Below, piece after piece: positions 20,540 to 30,229 of a DNA stretch of 51,602 nucleotides (the first letter of the stretch is position 1; each line of letters begins with the position of its first letter). A program made the position numbers and the translations under genes. The DNA is from an uncultured Hyphomicrobiales bacterium (GTDB taxonomy: Bacteria > Bacteroidota > Ignavibacteria > Kapaibacteriales > UBA2268). Location of the stretch: the NCBI GenBank assembly GCA_964577665.1, contig CAZOBD010000005.1:493-52094 (forward strand), written 5' to 3'. The notes beneath the pieces are model-generated. The model ran no database searches and was not told where the DNA came from. It was given only the letters and a program-made list of their open reading frames with translations.

Positions 20540-21687
20540 TATACTGCCTCCAGAATATGTACAACAGAACTTCCTCCGGAGCCGCCCATGTTTTGGGTCA
20601 TGCCGAGTTTTATGTCTTTTACCTGCCGGTTTCCGGCTTCGCCGCGAAGCTGCTTGAATGCTTCGATAAGCTGAGCGGCACCTGTAGCGCCTACGGGATG
20701 CCCTTTAGCTTTCAAGCCGCCCGATGAGTTGATAACGACTTTTCCGCCGTGTGTAGCCTGACCTTCGGCGATTGCTTTGCCTGCCTGCCCGTATTCGAAA
20801 AAGCCGAGTTCTTCGGCAACGACGATTTCGGCGATTGAAAAGCAGTCGTGTACTTCTGTAAAACTGATGTCAGCCGGGCTTGCTCCCGCCATTTTATAAG
20901 CTTTTTCGGCGGAAAGTCTTACAGCGTCGAGTTTTGTAAGGTCTTTGTGATCATGCAGGGCGATAGGACCTGTTGCAGCGCCGATGCCTTTGAATTTGAC
21001 GGGCTTGTCCGTGAAATTCTTTGCCTGATCGAGAGGCACGAGAATAAGAGCAGCTGCTCCGTCGGTGATGGGCGAGCAGTCCATAAGCCTCAGCGGGTCA
21101 GCAACCATTGCCGAGTTTAAAACAGTTTTCATATTAATTTCAAATGGATACTGTGCAAACTCATTTCCAACTGAATGTTTGTGGCTTTTGATTGGAACTT
21201 GTGCAAGTTCTTCGCGAGTAAGTCCGTATTGGTGCATGTAAGCCCGGGCAATCATAGCATAAAGCCCCGGGAACGTAATTCCGTGAAATGCTTCGTATTC
21301 TTGGTCTGCCGCAGTGGCAAGCACCATGGAGCCGTCATCGGCATCCCACATTTTTTCAACGCCTCCGACCATAACGATGTCGCTCATTCCTGAGGCAACA
21401 TCCATATAGCCGATGCGGACAGCCTGACCTGCAGATGAGCAGGCAGATTCGATGCGTGCTCCGGCGGCGCCTCTCTGACCGATATAGTCAGCCATCACAG
21501 AGCTGAGATGCTCCTGACGGTTGTAAAGTCCGCTGGACATCGCACCGACATAAAGAGAGTCGATTTTGTCAACGCCGGCGTTTTCCATGGCTTTCAATCC
21601 GGCTTCCGCGAAAATATCGCGCAGGTTTTGGTCCCAAAGCTCGCCGAATTTAGTCATGCCAACGCCTACTATTGCAACGTCGCGCAT
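20539..21687 (-). CDS. Archaeal-type acetoacetyl-CoA thiolase
   Basis: [22 protein letters not shown] (catalytic Cys), [32 protein letters not shown]. Confidence 0.92.
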   Translation of the reverse strand: MRDVAIVGVGMTKFGELWDQNLRDIFAEAGLKAMENAGVDKIDSLYVGAMSSGLYNRQEHLSSVMADYIGQRGAAGARIESACSSAGQAVRIGYMDVASGMSDIVMVGGVEKMWDADDGSMVLATAADQEYEAFHGITFPGLYAMIARAYMHQYGLTREELAQVPIKSHKHSVGNEFAQYPFEINMKTVLNSAMVADPLRLMDCSPITDGAAALILVPLDQAKNFTDKPVKFKGIGAATGPIALHDHKDLTKLDAVRLSAEKAYKMAGASPADISFTEVHDCFSIAEIVVAEELGFFEYGQAGKAIAEGQATHGGKVVINSSGGLKAKGHPVGATGAAQLIEAFKQLRGEAGNRQVKDIKLGMTQNMGGSGGSSVVHILEAV

Positions 21688-21736
21688 ATTTTTTTCCTCC
21701 GTTTTATAAAAAATTATTTGTTTATTTCAAAGATTT

Positions 21737-21816
21737 GATCCCTCCTCGGTCCTCCCTTATAAATAAGGGAGGAAGTTTTTTTCGTCCCCCTTATTTATAA
21801 GGGGGTGCGGGGGATC
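21737..21816. repeat. REP-like doublet (family D: CCTCCCTTATAAATAAGGGAGG / CCCCCTTATTTATAAGGGGG)
   Basis: Two inverted hairpins bounded by GATCCC...GGGATC. Confidence 0.75.
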
Positions 21817-21843
21817 GTTTTCAATGTACAATTGTCTTTGTTA

Positions 21844-22056
21844 TTTTCTCATTCCTAAGTTTTACTTGGGAATGCACTTTTTCTGCGAAACTGAGTTTCG
21901 TCTGATATTATCCTTTCCAAATCGGAGTTTGGAAAGGAGAGTGTTACTCTTTTTTTTCTCATTCCTAAGTTTCACTTGGGAATGATGCTTTTCATGCGAA
22001 ACAGAGTTTCGTCTGATATTATCCTTTCCAAATCGGAGTTTGGAAAGGAGAATGTT
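21844..22056. repeat. Two tandem ~102-bp copies (period ~110 bp) of a three-hairpin REP-like unit (family E)
   Basis: Copies at 21844-21945 and 21954-22056. Each has ATTCCTAAGT/ACTTGGGAAT, CGAAAC/GTTTCG and TCCTTTCCAAA/TTTGGAAAGGA stems. Confidence 0.85.
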
Positions 22057-22066
22057 TCTCAAATTC

Positions 22067-22093
22067 GAGATTCTGAAACAAGTTCAGAACGAC
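22067..22093. repeat. Half copy of REP-like family A
   Basis: GAGATTCTGAAACAAGTTCAGAACGAC is the reverse complement of 2918-2944 with one mismatch. Confidence 0.8.
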
Positions 22094-22125
22094 TATCAGA
22101 ATTCAAAGTACAAACAATAATTTGA

Positions 22126-22174
22126 AATTATTAATTATTAATTATTAATTATTAATTGTTAATTATTAATTATT
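22126..22174. repeat. 7-bp tandem repeat (AATTATT)x7
   Basis: Seven units (one is AATTGTT) abutting the HMG-CoA synthase stop codon. Confidence 0.9.
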
Positions 22175-22175
22175 G

Positions 22176-23225
22176 TCATGCTTCATTAAATCTTATCTTC
22201 TTGCGGAAAGCAACATATCTTCCGTAGTCGAGATAAATCTTCTTTCCATCTAAGATTTCACGTGTTTTAGGAGCTAATGCCTGCTTGGCAGTAATTTTAT
22301 CGGTGGCTTCGAAAATAAAGCCGTCACTGCCTGCACCGGAGCCGAATGAAACCATGAAGACTTTTTCTCCGGGCTTCATAATGTCAAGGCAGGCAGCCAA
22401 GCCTGTGGGAGATGAACCCGAATAAGTATTTCCCATTGTGTTTACTACCCAGCCCTGCTGCATCTGTTCGTTTGTAAAGCCTAAGATTTTACCGGCTTTC
22501 AGAGGGAATTTTCCGTTTGGCATGTGGAAAACAGCCTGTGCAAAATCTGACGCTTTCATGCCTGATTTTTCCATAAGAGCATTTGCACAGCCTAAGATGT
22601 GCTTGAAGTATGCAGGTTCGCCCGTGAAGCGTCCCCCGTGGCGGGGATAATGTTGATATTCACGGCGCCAGAAATCGGCGGTGTCGCTGGTAAATGAATG
22701 AGTATATAAAAGATTAGCCGCTACGTCGTCGTTTCCGAAAATGAAAGCAGAGCCGCCTGCCGATGCAGAGTATTCGAGAGCATCTCCCGGGGCGCCCTGC
22801 GAAGTGTCTGCACCTATGCCCATGGCATATTCCATATTGCCTGATTTCACATGGCTGTATGCTACGAACATAGATTCGGAACCTGCCTTGCAGGCAAATT
22901 CAAAGTCTGCAACGTGTACGTCGGGACCAATACCGAGAGCGTCAATTAAAATAGTGCCGCTTGGCTTAACCGCATAAGGGTGCGATTCGGAACCTATATA
23001 GACCGCACCGATTTTCTGCGGGTCTATGCCTGCGCGTTTAACAGCATTTTTAGCGGCGGCAACTGCGATGGTTATGGTGTCTTCATCCCTGCCGGGCACC
23101 GTTTTTTCCTTGATGAGAAGCCCGTTTACCATAGTGTCGGGGTCAGATCCCCACTGGCGGGCTATCGTCTCGGATTTTATCCGGTACGCAGGAACATAAG
23201 AGCCCCATCCTACTATACCTGTCAT
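22176..23225 (-). CDS. Archaeal-type hydroxymethylglutaryl-CoA synthase
   Basis: GSESHPYAVKP (Glu), EFACKAG (Cys), FHMPNGKFP (His), DTSQGAPGDALEY, DFWRR, GNTYSGS, SFGSGAGSD. Confidence 0.92.
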   Translation of the reverse strand: MTGIVGWGSYVPAYRIKSETIARQWGSDPDTMVNGLLIKEKTVPGRDEDTITIAVAAAKNAVKRAGIDPQKIGAVYIGSESHPYAVKPSGTILIDALGIGPDVHVADFEFACKAGSESMFVAYSHVKSGNMEYAMGIGADTSQGAPGDALEYSASAGGSAFIFGNDDVAANLLYTHSFTSDTADFWRREYQHYPRHGGRFTGEPAYFKHILGCANALMEKSGMKASDFAQAVFHMPNGKFPLKAGKILGFTNEQMQQGWVVNTMGNTYSGSSPTGLAACLDIMKPGEKVFMVSFGSGAGSDGFIFEATDKITAKQALAPKTREILDGKKIYLDYGRYVAFRKKIRFNEA

Positions 23226-23457
23226 TGTAACTCCTTTGATTTGTAGTAAATTGAATAAAATGATGTTTGGTTAGAGTAAAGCAATTTATATGTGTGTATA
23301 ATTTTGTTCAACATAACTAAATAGTAAGAGACAGAAAAACTAAAGTTTTATTTTCTCTACAATAATATAAGGAAATATAGGGAGAAACGGAAAATTTTTT
23401 TACAGGTATGCATCCCTGAGATGTTAGGATTAATGAAACTCTGAAATAAAAGTATGT

Positions 23458-23661
23458 TCTACATCTATAGCTTTTATGATGTTATTTGAATTTATACTTG
23501 TTGTCATAGACCCCGCCGCTGATGCTTTTACCAAAGGGGTGCACGTTTTTCAAGATTGGAATAAGCTTTGCTCTTGCGGCACTATTTTCACACTGCACAG
23601 TTTCTTTGAAGAGAAGCTTAAAAAACTGTTTGATTTCAAAAAGAAAGAAAGAAATATTTAA
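23458..23661 (+). pseudogene. Frameshifted C-terminal membrane-helix fragment of a larger protein
   Basis: STSIAFMMLFEFILVVIDP...TKGVHVF, then a frameshift to KIGISFALAALFS, then back to LHSFFEEKLKK. From memory this resembles the C-terminus of FCB TPR membrane proteins. Confidence 0.45.
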
Positions 23662-23751
23662 TTTGTAAACTTTTCCACATCATAAGGTTTTTGTATATTT
23701 CTTTGTATTTTTGCAATATGGAAAGTTAAAAAAATGTTAATTGCATTGTCT

Positions 23752-26700
23752 ATGTTTCAGGAGTATTTCAATACCATAAAAGAGCTTTATGCTTCCGGCG
23801 AAGAAAGTTCCGAGCATACATACAGGTCGGCGCTTGAAACTTTGCTGAATGCCTTCATAGAAAAATACACCGGCAGAAAGCTTACAGTAAGGCACGAACC
23901 TGTCCGTCAGGGGAATGCGGGCAGACCGGATTTTAAAATATCTACTCCCGAACAGCTTACCATCGGTTTGCTTGAAACAAAAAAAATCGGCGAAGACCTT
24001 AAAAAGCACTTAAATTCTGACCAGCTAAAGAAGTATGCTAAGTTTTCCGAAAATATTATTTTAACCGACTACCTGCATTTTTACTTAATAAGAAAAGGCG
24101 AGCCTGTGCTGGATGTGCTTTTGTTTTCCGAGTATCATCTCGAAAAGAAAAGTTTTAAACTTAAAGAGTACAGAGTTGCAGTGTTAGAAAGGCTGCTCAC
24201 TGATTTCTTTGAATCTGAACCTGAAACAATATGCAAGACGCATGACCTTGCGAGAAAACTTTCCGATAAGGCGCGCTTTCTAAAAGAATACTGCCGCAGC
24301 GAACTTGAGAGGGAAGCGGACAGGAACAGCGTTTTAGAAGCTATTTATCAAGCTTTTAAAGAAACCCTTTTGCCCTCCCTTACAAGAAAATATTTTTCTG
24401 ATATTTATGCTCAGACTTTAAGCTATGCACTTTTTCTTTCGGCATTGAACAGTGATTCGCCGAAGCAGCAGCTTACTAAATATTCGGCAAATGAATTACT
24501 CCCCGGCGCTTTTCCGCTGATAAAAGAGCTTTTTCACAGTCTCGATAATTTCCCTCAGGATATAAACTGGGTAATTGAAGAAATAATTACAATTTTAAAA
24601 GCAACGGATTTTCCTGCAATCAAGAAAGAATTCGCAGAATACCGCAGAAAAAAGAGCGGTTTTGCAGATCCCTTTATTTTCTTTTATGAGGATTTTCTTT
24701 ACCATTATGATCCCGGGCAGAGAAAAATACGCGGAGTTTACTACACACCCGAGCCGGTTGTTTCTTTTATTACGAGGTCTGTTGAAATAATCGTTAAAGA
24801 GACATTTGATTTGAAAGACGGTTTGATTAACAAAGACGTTACTCTTCTGGATTTTGCCGCCGGTACTGGTACTTTCCTGCTGAATGCCTTCAAGCTGGCT
24901 CTTGAAGAAACCATGAAGCGGGTTGATAAAATAACTGCCAACAAAATATTAAATGAGATAATTATTAAAAACTTCTATGGATTTGAACTCCTTGCAGCGC
25001 CTTATGCCGTGGCTAATTTAAAAATTTCGGAATACCTTAAAGATTGGGGCTTTTCAATCAATGAAGGGAACCGGCTGAATATCTTTCTCACAAACACCCT
25101 CAGCAACAAAGAACCTAAGCCTTTCGGTTTTCTGCCTCATCTTTCAAAAGAAGGCTTGATGGCAAACGAAATAAAGAATAAGGATATCTTGATAATAATG
25201 GGTAATCCGCCTTATTCGGTCAGCAGCGCCAATAAAACCGGTTTTATCGCCGAAGAGAAGATGCAGAAGTATAAAAAAGCTGTTGTCGGAGAAAAAAACA
25301 TACAGCCGCTTTCGGATGATTATATCAAATTCATACGCTTTGCACACTGGAAGATGGAAAATGCTGAAAAGGGAGTAGTTGGAATTATTTCCAACAATTC
25401 TTTTATAGACGGCTTGATACACCGGGGTATGCGTGAGGAACTTCTAAAGGATTTTGATGAAATATACATTTTAAATCTTCATGGCAGCTCCCGGATAGGA
25501 GAAATTACGCCGGAAGGCAAAAAAGACGAAAATATATTTGCTATAATGCAGGGAGTGGCGATAAGCATTTTCGTCAAGAAGGAAAAAAAATCAAATAGAA
25601 ATCCTGAAGTATATTTTGCTGATTTATACGGCACAAAAGATGAGAAGCTCGATTTTCTTCAGAGAAATGACATCAGAACGCTTTTGCCCAAAACAAATAA
25701 AGAAAAGCAGGATATTAAAAAATGGACAAAGCTCAATCCCCAAAAAGAATTTTATTTCTTTGCCAGAAAGGATTTCAAGTCAAAGAAAAAATATGAAAAA
25801 GGATTTAAGATTGATGAGATTTTCAATAAATATTCCAGCGGAGTGAAAACGCACAGGGATCATTTTGTTGTCGCTTATAATAAGAATACATTAAAAAAAA
25901 GACTAATCAGATTTTATTCTTTGACTAAAGAGAATGCATCAAATGAATTTGATTTAAAAAATACAAGAGACTGGAAAATTGAAAGAGCATTAAAGGAAGG
26001 TTCTTTCGGTCAAGACTTCATTAAAGAATATGCTTACAGACCTTTTGATATAAGATTTATTTACTACGACCTCAACATACTTGAAAGAGGCACAAACCGT
26101 TTTAATATCATGAAACACATGATGCAGCCTAACATAGGTCTTTCAACTACCCGCAGTCAGGCAAAAGGACATAATAATTTTTTGGTAACGGATAGAATTT
26201 CGGATTTAAGATTTTCCTCACGTCCCGGTTCTATTGGTTCCGATTATCTTTTCCCGCTTTTTATATACAACGGGGAAGAGCTGAAAAAAAGCGGCGGATA
26301 CGTCGAAGAACCTGCCATTCCTTATGAAGGCAGAAACGAACTTGAAAAAATACCTAATTTTAGCAAAGATTTTATAAAGTTCATTGAACTAAAATATAAA
26401 GATAAATATTCTCCCGAACAGATATTGGGTTACATCTATGCCATTCTGTACAGTCCCGCTTATAGAGAAAAATATATTGAATTTTTGAAGATAGATTTCC
26501 CCAGAGTTCCATTTTGCGATGATGAGGAGTTATTTAAAAAACTATCCGAAACAGGTTATGATTTAATCGAGCATCATTTGATGGAAAAGTCTTATGATAA
26601 TCCAAAATGCTCATTCAAAGGCGAAGGAGATAATTTCCTTGTAGAAAAAATAACATACGAGAAAGGAAAAGTTTACATAAACAAAAACAGATATTTCGAA

Positions 26701-26895
26701 GATGTGCCTGAAGACTTATGGAACTTCCGCATCGGGGGCTATCAGGTTCTTGAAAAATGGCTTAAGGAACGCAGGAAGCACGAAATAAATCTGGAAGGAG
26801 ACGATATTCTACACTTTATTAAAATCACAAATATTTTAGAGAGTACGATTCAAATAATGAATGAAATAAATGAACTTACAGAGAAGTGGATTTGA
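23752..26895 (+). CDS. Single-polypeptide restriction-modification enzyme (N6-adenine MTase with N-terminal PD-(D/E)xK nuclease and Type ISP-like C-terminal specificity domain; Type IIG-like, no helicase)
   Basis: GRPDF...LLETK, GVYYTPEPVV, LDFAAGTGTFL (motif I), GNPPY (motif IV), NLHG, YAYRPFD, IDFPRVP, IGGYQVLEKWLKER. Confidence 0.85.
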   Translation: MFQEYFNTIKELYASGEESSEHTYRSALETLLNAFIEKYTGRKLTVRHEPVRQGNAGRPDFKISTPEQLTIGLLETKKIGEDLKKHLNSDQLKKYAKFSENIILTDYLHFYLIRKGEPVLDVLLFSEYHLEKKSFKLKEYRVAVLERLLTDFFESEPETICKTHDLARKLSDKARFLKEYCRSELEREADRNSVLEAIYQAFKETLLPSLTRKYFSDIYAQTLSYALFLSALNSDSPKQQLTKYSANELLPGAFPLIKELFHSLDNFPQDINWVIEEIITILKATDFPAIKKEFAEYRRKKSGFADPFIFFYEDFLYHYDPGQRKIRGVYYTPEPVVSFITRSVEIIVKETFDLKDGLINKDVTLLDFAAGTGTFLLNAFKLALEETMKRVDKITANKILNEIIIKNFYGFELLAAPYAVANLKISEYLKDWGFSINEGNRLNIFLTNTLSNKEPKPFGFLPHLSKEGLMANEIKNKDILIIMGNPPYSVSSANKTGFIAEEKMQKYKKAVVGEKNIQPLSDDYIKFIRFAHWKMENAEKGVVGIISNNSFIDGLIHRGMREELLKDFDEIYILNLHGSSRIGEITPEGKKDENIFAIMQGVAISIFVKKEKKSNRNPEVYFADLYGTKDEKLDFLQRNDIRTLLPKTNKEKQDIKKWTKLNPQKEFYFFARKDFKSKKKYEKGFKIDEIFNKYSSGVKTHRDHFVVAYNKNTLKKRLIRFYSLTKENASNEFDLKNTRDWKIERALKEGSFGQDFIKEYAYRPFDIRFIYYDLNILERGTNRFNIMKHMMQPNIGLSTTRSQAKGHNNFLVTDRISDLRFSSRPGSIGSDYLFPLFIYNGEELKKSGGYVEEPAIPYEGRNELEKIPNFSKDFIKFIELKYKDKYSPEQILGYIYAILYSPAYREKYIEFLKIDFPRVPFCDDEELFKKLSETGYDLIEHHLMEKSYDNPKCSFKGEGDNFLVEKITYEKGKVYINKNRYFEDVPEDLWNFRIGGYQVLEKWLKERRKHEINLEGDDILHFIKITNILESTIQIMNEINELTEKWI

Positions 26896-27108
26896 AAGTT
26901 GTTTGATATTATCAATTGAGGCTGCTGAAGAAAATATTTAAAGTAATAGAGTTCTGAAAAATCTTTGCTGTTTTGTATATTTTTACAATTTGTATTTTTT
27001 GTCGTTATAATTTAAAAGTTTTATTTTTAACTAAAAATCTGTATCTTTCGTTTTTATAATTATTGCTAAAAAAAAATTTGGAAAACAGGGAATATCAAGA
27101 TATAAGTT

Positions 27109-29952
27109 ATGCCATTACACGCGGTTTCTATCGAAGAGGCTCTGAAACGTTTTAAAGTAAACCCCGAAACGGGACTTTCGGACAAGGAAGTAGAGCAAAG
27201 CAGAGAAAAATACGGAACAAACGAATTCGTAAGCCACAAGCCCAAATCCGCATGGATTCTTTTATTTGAGCAGTTCAACAATCCATTTATTTATATCCTG
27301 ATAGTTGCGGCAGTCATTAATGCCTTCGTTGCTGACCTTAAAGATACAATAGTCATAGGCGCGGTTGTTCTTCTGAACACGCTTATCGGTTTTGTGCAGG
27401 AGCAGAAAGCAACCGATGCGTTGAAGTCATTGAAAAAAATGGCTTCGCCAAACTCCCGCGTTATACGAAACGGAAAGAAAATTACTATACCTACCGGCGA
27501 AGTGGTATGCGGAGATATAATCATTCTGGAAAGCGGCATGAGAGCCCCCGCTGATGCCCGCCTCATTGAGTCGCAAAATCTGCTGGTGGATGAATCTATG
27601 CTCACGGGCGAGTCCTTTGCATCTGAAAAAAATGCAAAGGCAAATATTTCCAAAAATGCACCTCTGGGCGACCGGGTAACTATGGTTTATTCCGGTACTA
27701 TTATACAGAAGGGCAGAGGGCTTGCTGTGGTTGGTTCCGTCGGCAGAGATACCGAGTTCGGACAAATTTCCGAAAGAGTGGCTGAGGCAGAGGAAACAGT
27801 CTCGCCTCTCCAGAGACAGATAGACCAGCTCAGCAAACTTCTTACTTATTCTATTATGGGAGCCATAATCGTTATTTTTGTCATAGGCTTCCTGCGGGGG
27901 ATTGACTGGCTGGATATGTTTCTTACATCCATAGGTTTAGCTGTTTCCGCCATACCGGAAGGGCTGCCTGTTGCCGTAACCATAACGCTTACAATCGGTA
28001 TTTCACTTATGGCAAAGCATAATGCCGTCGTAAAAAAACTTGCCGCCGTTGAAACACTTGGAAGCACAAATATAATTTGTACGGACAAAACAGGCACTCT
28101 TACAAAAAATCAGATGACACTGAAACGCTTTTACACCGGAGACGAGATTTTTGAAGTAACCGGCAGCGGTTATGACATTGAAGGGAAGGCTGTCAGTATT
28201 GAATCAGGGGATACCGTAAAATATGAACTAAACGAAGCTATGAAGCTATTTGCAAGGATTTCTGCTCTCTGCACTGAGTCTTCCATTTCCAAAAACAGCG
28301 ATCAATGGGAAATACAAGGCGATCCTACAGAAGCCGCCCTGATGATAGGAGCCGAAAAACTTCATTATACATGTGATGACTGCAAGGTCTTTGTGGATAT
28401 ACCTTTTGAATCTGAAAATCAGCTTATGGCAGTAAAAGCCAGAATAGGAAAGGACATCCATGTTTTTGCAAAAGGAGCTCCTGAAAGAATTCTGGAAAGA
28501 TGTGATACTTATGTGGACAAAGACGGTTCAGAGCAAGAAATAGACAAACAAAGACTCAATGAAATATCGGCAGATTTTTCAAAAAGAGGATTGAGAGTGC
28601 TTGCTCTTGCCAAATCAAAGAAATGCGATAATCTTAAAGCTATGAATAACGGCGATCTTGAAAAATGCCCTATATCTCTCGATGATCTGCAAGACTTAGA
28701 CTTTGTCGGCTTTGCCGGCATACAGGATGCTATTAGGCCAGAAGCTGTGCAGGCTGTCCGCGAATGCCACAATGCAGGGGTCAGAGTAATTATGATAACG
28801 GGAGACCACGCCCAGACGGCTAAAGCCATCGCAGAAGAAATAAACCTCGGCGAAGAAGCTATTGCACTTTCCCAAAGAGCTGAGAAGAAAAACGAAGAAA
28901 AAGACCTTACTTACGAACCAAACGTTATTACCGGCACAGAACTTGACGAAATAACCGACGAAGAGCTTTTTAACCGCGCCCATGAAATTGACGTTTACGC
29001 CCGTGTTGCTCCCCAGCATAAATTCAGAATCGTTAAGCAGCTCCAGGAACGCGGTGATATAGTGGCTATGACGGGAGACGGTGTAAACGACTCCCCGGCG
29101 CTTAAGCAGGCTGATATTGGCGTCGCTATGGGCAGCGGCACTGAAGTTGCAAAAGAAGCTTCCCACATCGTTCTTATGGATGACAACTTTGCAACAATAG
29201 TCAGGGCTGTTCGGCGGGGAAGGGTTGTTCTGCACAATCTGAGGCATATATTGCTTTACATCCTGGCAACAAGTTTCGGTGGAGTTCTGACCATCGGAGC
29301 ATCTGTTTTTCTAGGGTTGCCGCTTCCGGTACTGCCCGCACAGCTCCTTTGGATTAACCTTGTTACAGACGGTACATCCACATTTCCTCTGGCATTCGAA
29401 AAAGAGCACGGAAATGTTATGGCATTCCCCCCGCGAAAAAAAGGAGTGCCTCTCATAACCGGCGACATAATACGACGAATAGTCATCGCAGGAATAATTA
29501 TGATGATAGGCACTATGGGTATTTATATGGGTTATGCTGAAGCTTACAACATTGACCTTTTTGCCGGAGGACTTACTGATGCAGACCTTGGAAAGCTTCG
29601 TACTCTTGCTTTTACAACGCTGGCGTTTTTCCAGATATGGAATGTTCAGAACTCACGCTCGCTTGACCGTTCTCTCTTTTTTAAACTTCCTTATCCCGGT
29701 AAGGAGAAGCTTGACAGGGTTAGCCCCTCAAAAAATATTATTCTGCTTCTTGTAATGCTTCTTGCAATGGCTCTTCAGGTATCTGCCGTAGCATTTCCGT
29801 TTATGAACGATTTGCTTAGAACTACACCTTTGTCTATGAGCGAATGGACTTTGGCTGTGGGGATACCTTTTTCTATTATTATTATTATTGAGTTAATTAA
29901 ATTCGGCGAAGCGGTTATGAAAACTCAAAAAGCAGACATGAGCAAGGCTTAA
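27109..29952 (+). CDS. P-type ATPase, type IIA (Ca2+-transporting-like)
   Basis: LTGES, IPEGLP, DKTGTLT, KGAPE, MITGDH, GDGVNDSPALK, LLWINLVTDG. Confidence 0.93.
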   Translation: MPLHAVSIEEALKRFKVNPETGLSDKEVEQSREKYGTNEFVSHKPKSAWILLFEQFNNPFIYILIVAAVINAFVADLKDTIVIGAVVLLNTLIGFVQEQKATDALKSLKKMASPNSRVIRNGKKITIPTGEVVCGDIIILESGMRAPADARLIESQNLLVDESMLTGESFASEKNAKANISKNAPLGDRVTMVYSGTIIQKGRGLAVVGSVGRDTEFGQISERVAEAEETVSPLQRQIDQLSKLLTYSIMGAIIVIFVIGFLRGIDWLDMFLTSIGLAVSAIPEGLPVAVTITLTIGISLMAKHNAVVKKLAAVETLGSTNIICTDKTGTLTKNQMTLKRFYTGDEIFEVTGSGYDIEGKAVSIESGDTVKYELNEAMKLFARISALCTESSISKNSDQWEIQGDPTEAALMIGAEKLHYTCDDCKVFVDIPFESENQLMAVKARIGKDIHVFAKGAPERILERCDTYVDKDGSEQEIDKQRLNEISADFSKRGLRVLALAKSKKCDNLKAMNNGDLEKCPISLDDLQDLDFVGFAGIQDAIRPEAVQAVRECHNAGVRVIMITGDHAQTAKAIAEEINLGEEAIALSQRAEKKNEEKDLTYEPNVITGTELDEITDEELFNRAHEIDVYARVAPQHKFRIVKQLQERGDIVAMTGDGVNDSPALKQADIGVAMGSGTEVAKEASHIVLMDDNFATIVRAVRRGRVVLHNLRHILLYILATSFGGVLTIGASVFLGLPLPVLPAQLLWINLVTDGTSTFPLAFEKEHGNVMAFPPRKKGVPLITGDIIRRIVIAGIIMMIGTMGIYMGYAEAYNIDLFAGGLTDADLGKLRTLAFTTLAFFQIWNVQNSRSLDRSLFFKLPYPGKEKLDRVSPSKNIILLLVMLLAMALQVSAVAFPFMNDLLRTTPLSMSEWTLAVGIPFSIIIIIELIKFGEAVMKTQKADMSKA

Positions 29953-30229
29953 TATATAAGGATATAAGGCTGTATCAAAAGGAAAACTTAGGCTTTTCAG
30001 GCGGAGTTAATCAGTTTTTAAATGATTCATCCTTGCATTATCAAATCCAATTCTTTATTTTTAATTGCAGTTGTGGTGTCTCAAATAGATATTTTTTATT
30101 AAATTGAACGTAACAAAGCATAATCCATTAATTCATTTTAATACCAAAATGCGTAGTTTTACGTATTGCTTTTCTAATTCAAAGTTGTTAAATTCATTTT
30201 TTAATATTTTCTTAACATTGGAAGATAAT

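Noticed and set aside
21862..22062. 66-aa ORF with an internal repeat
   Set aside because: It is simply the translation of the two tandem palindromic DNA repeats.
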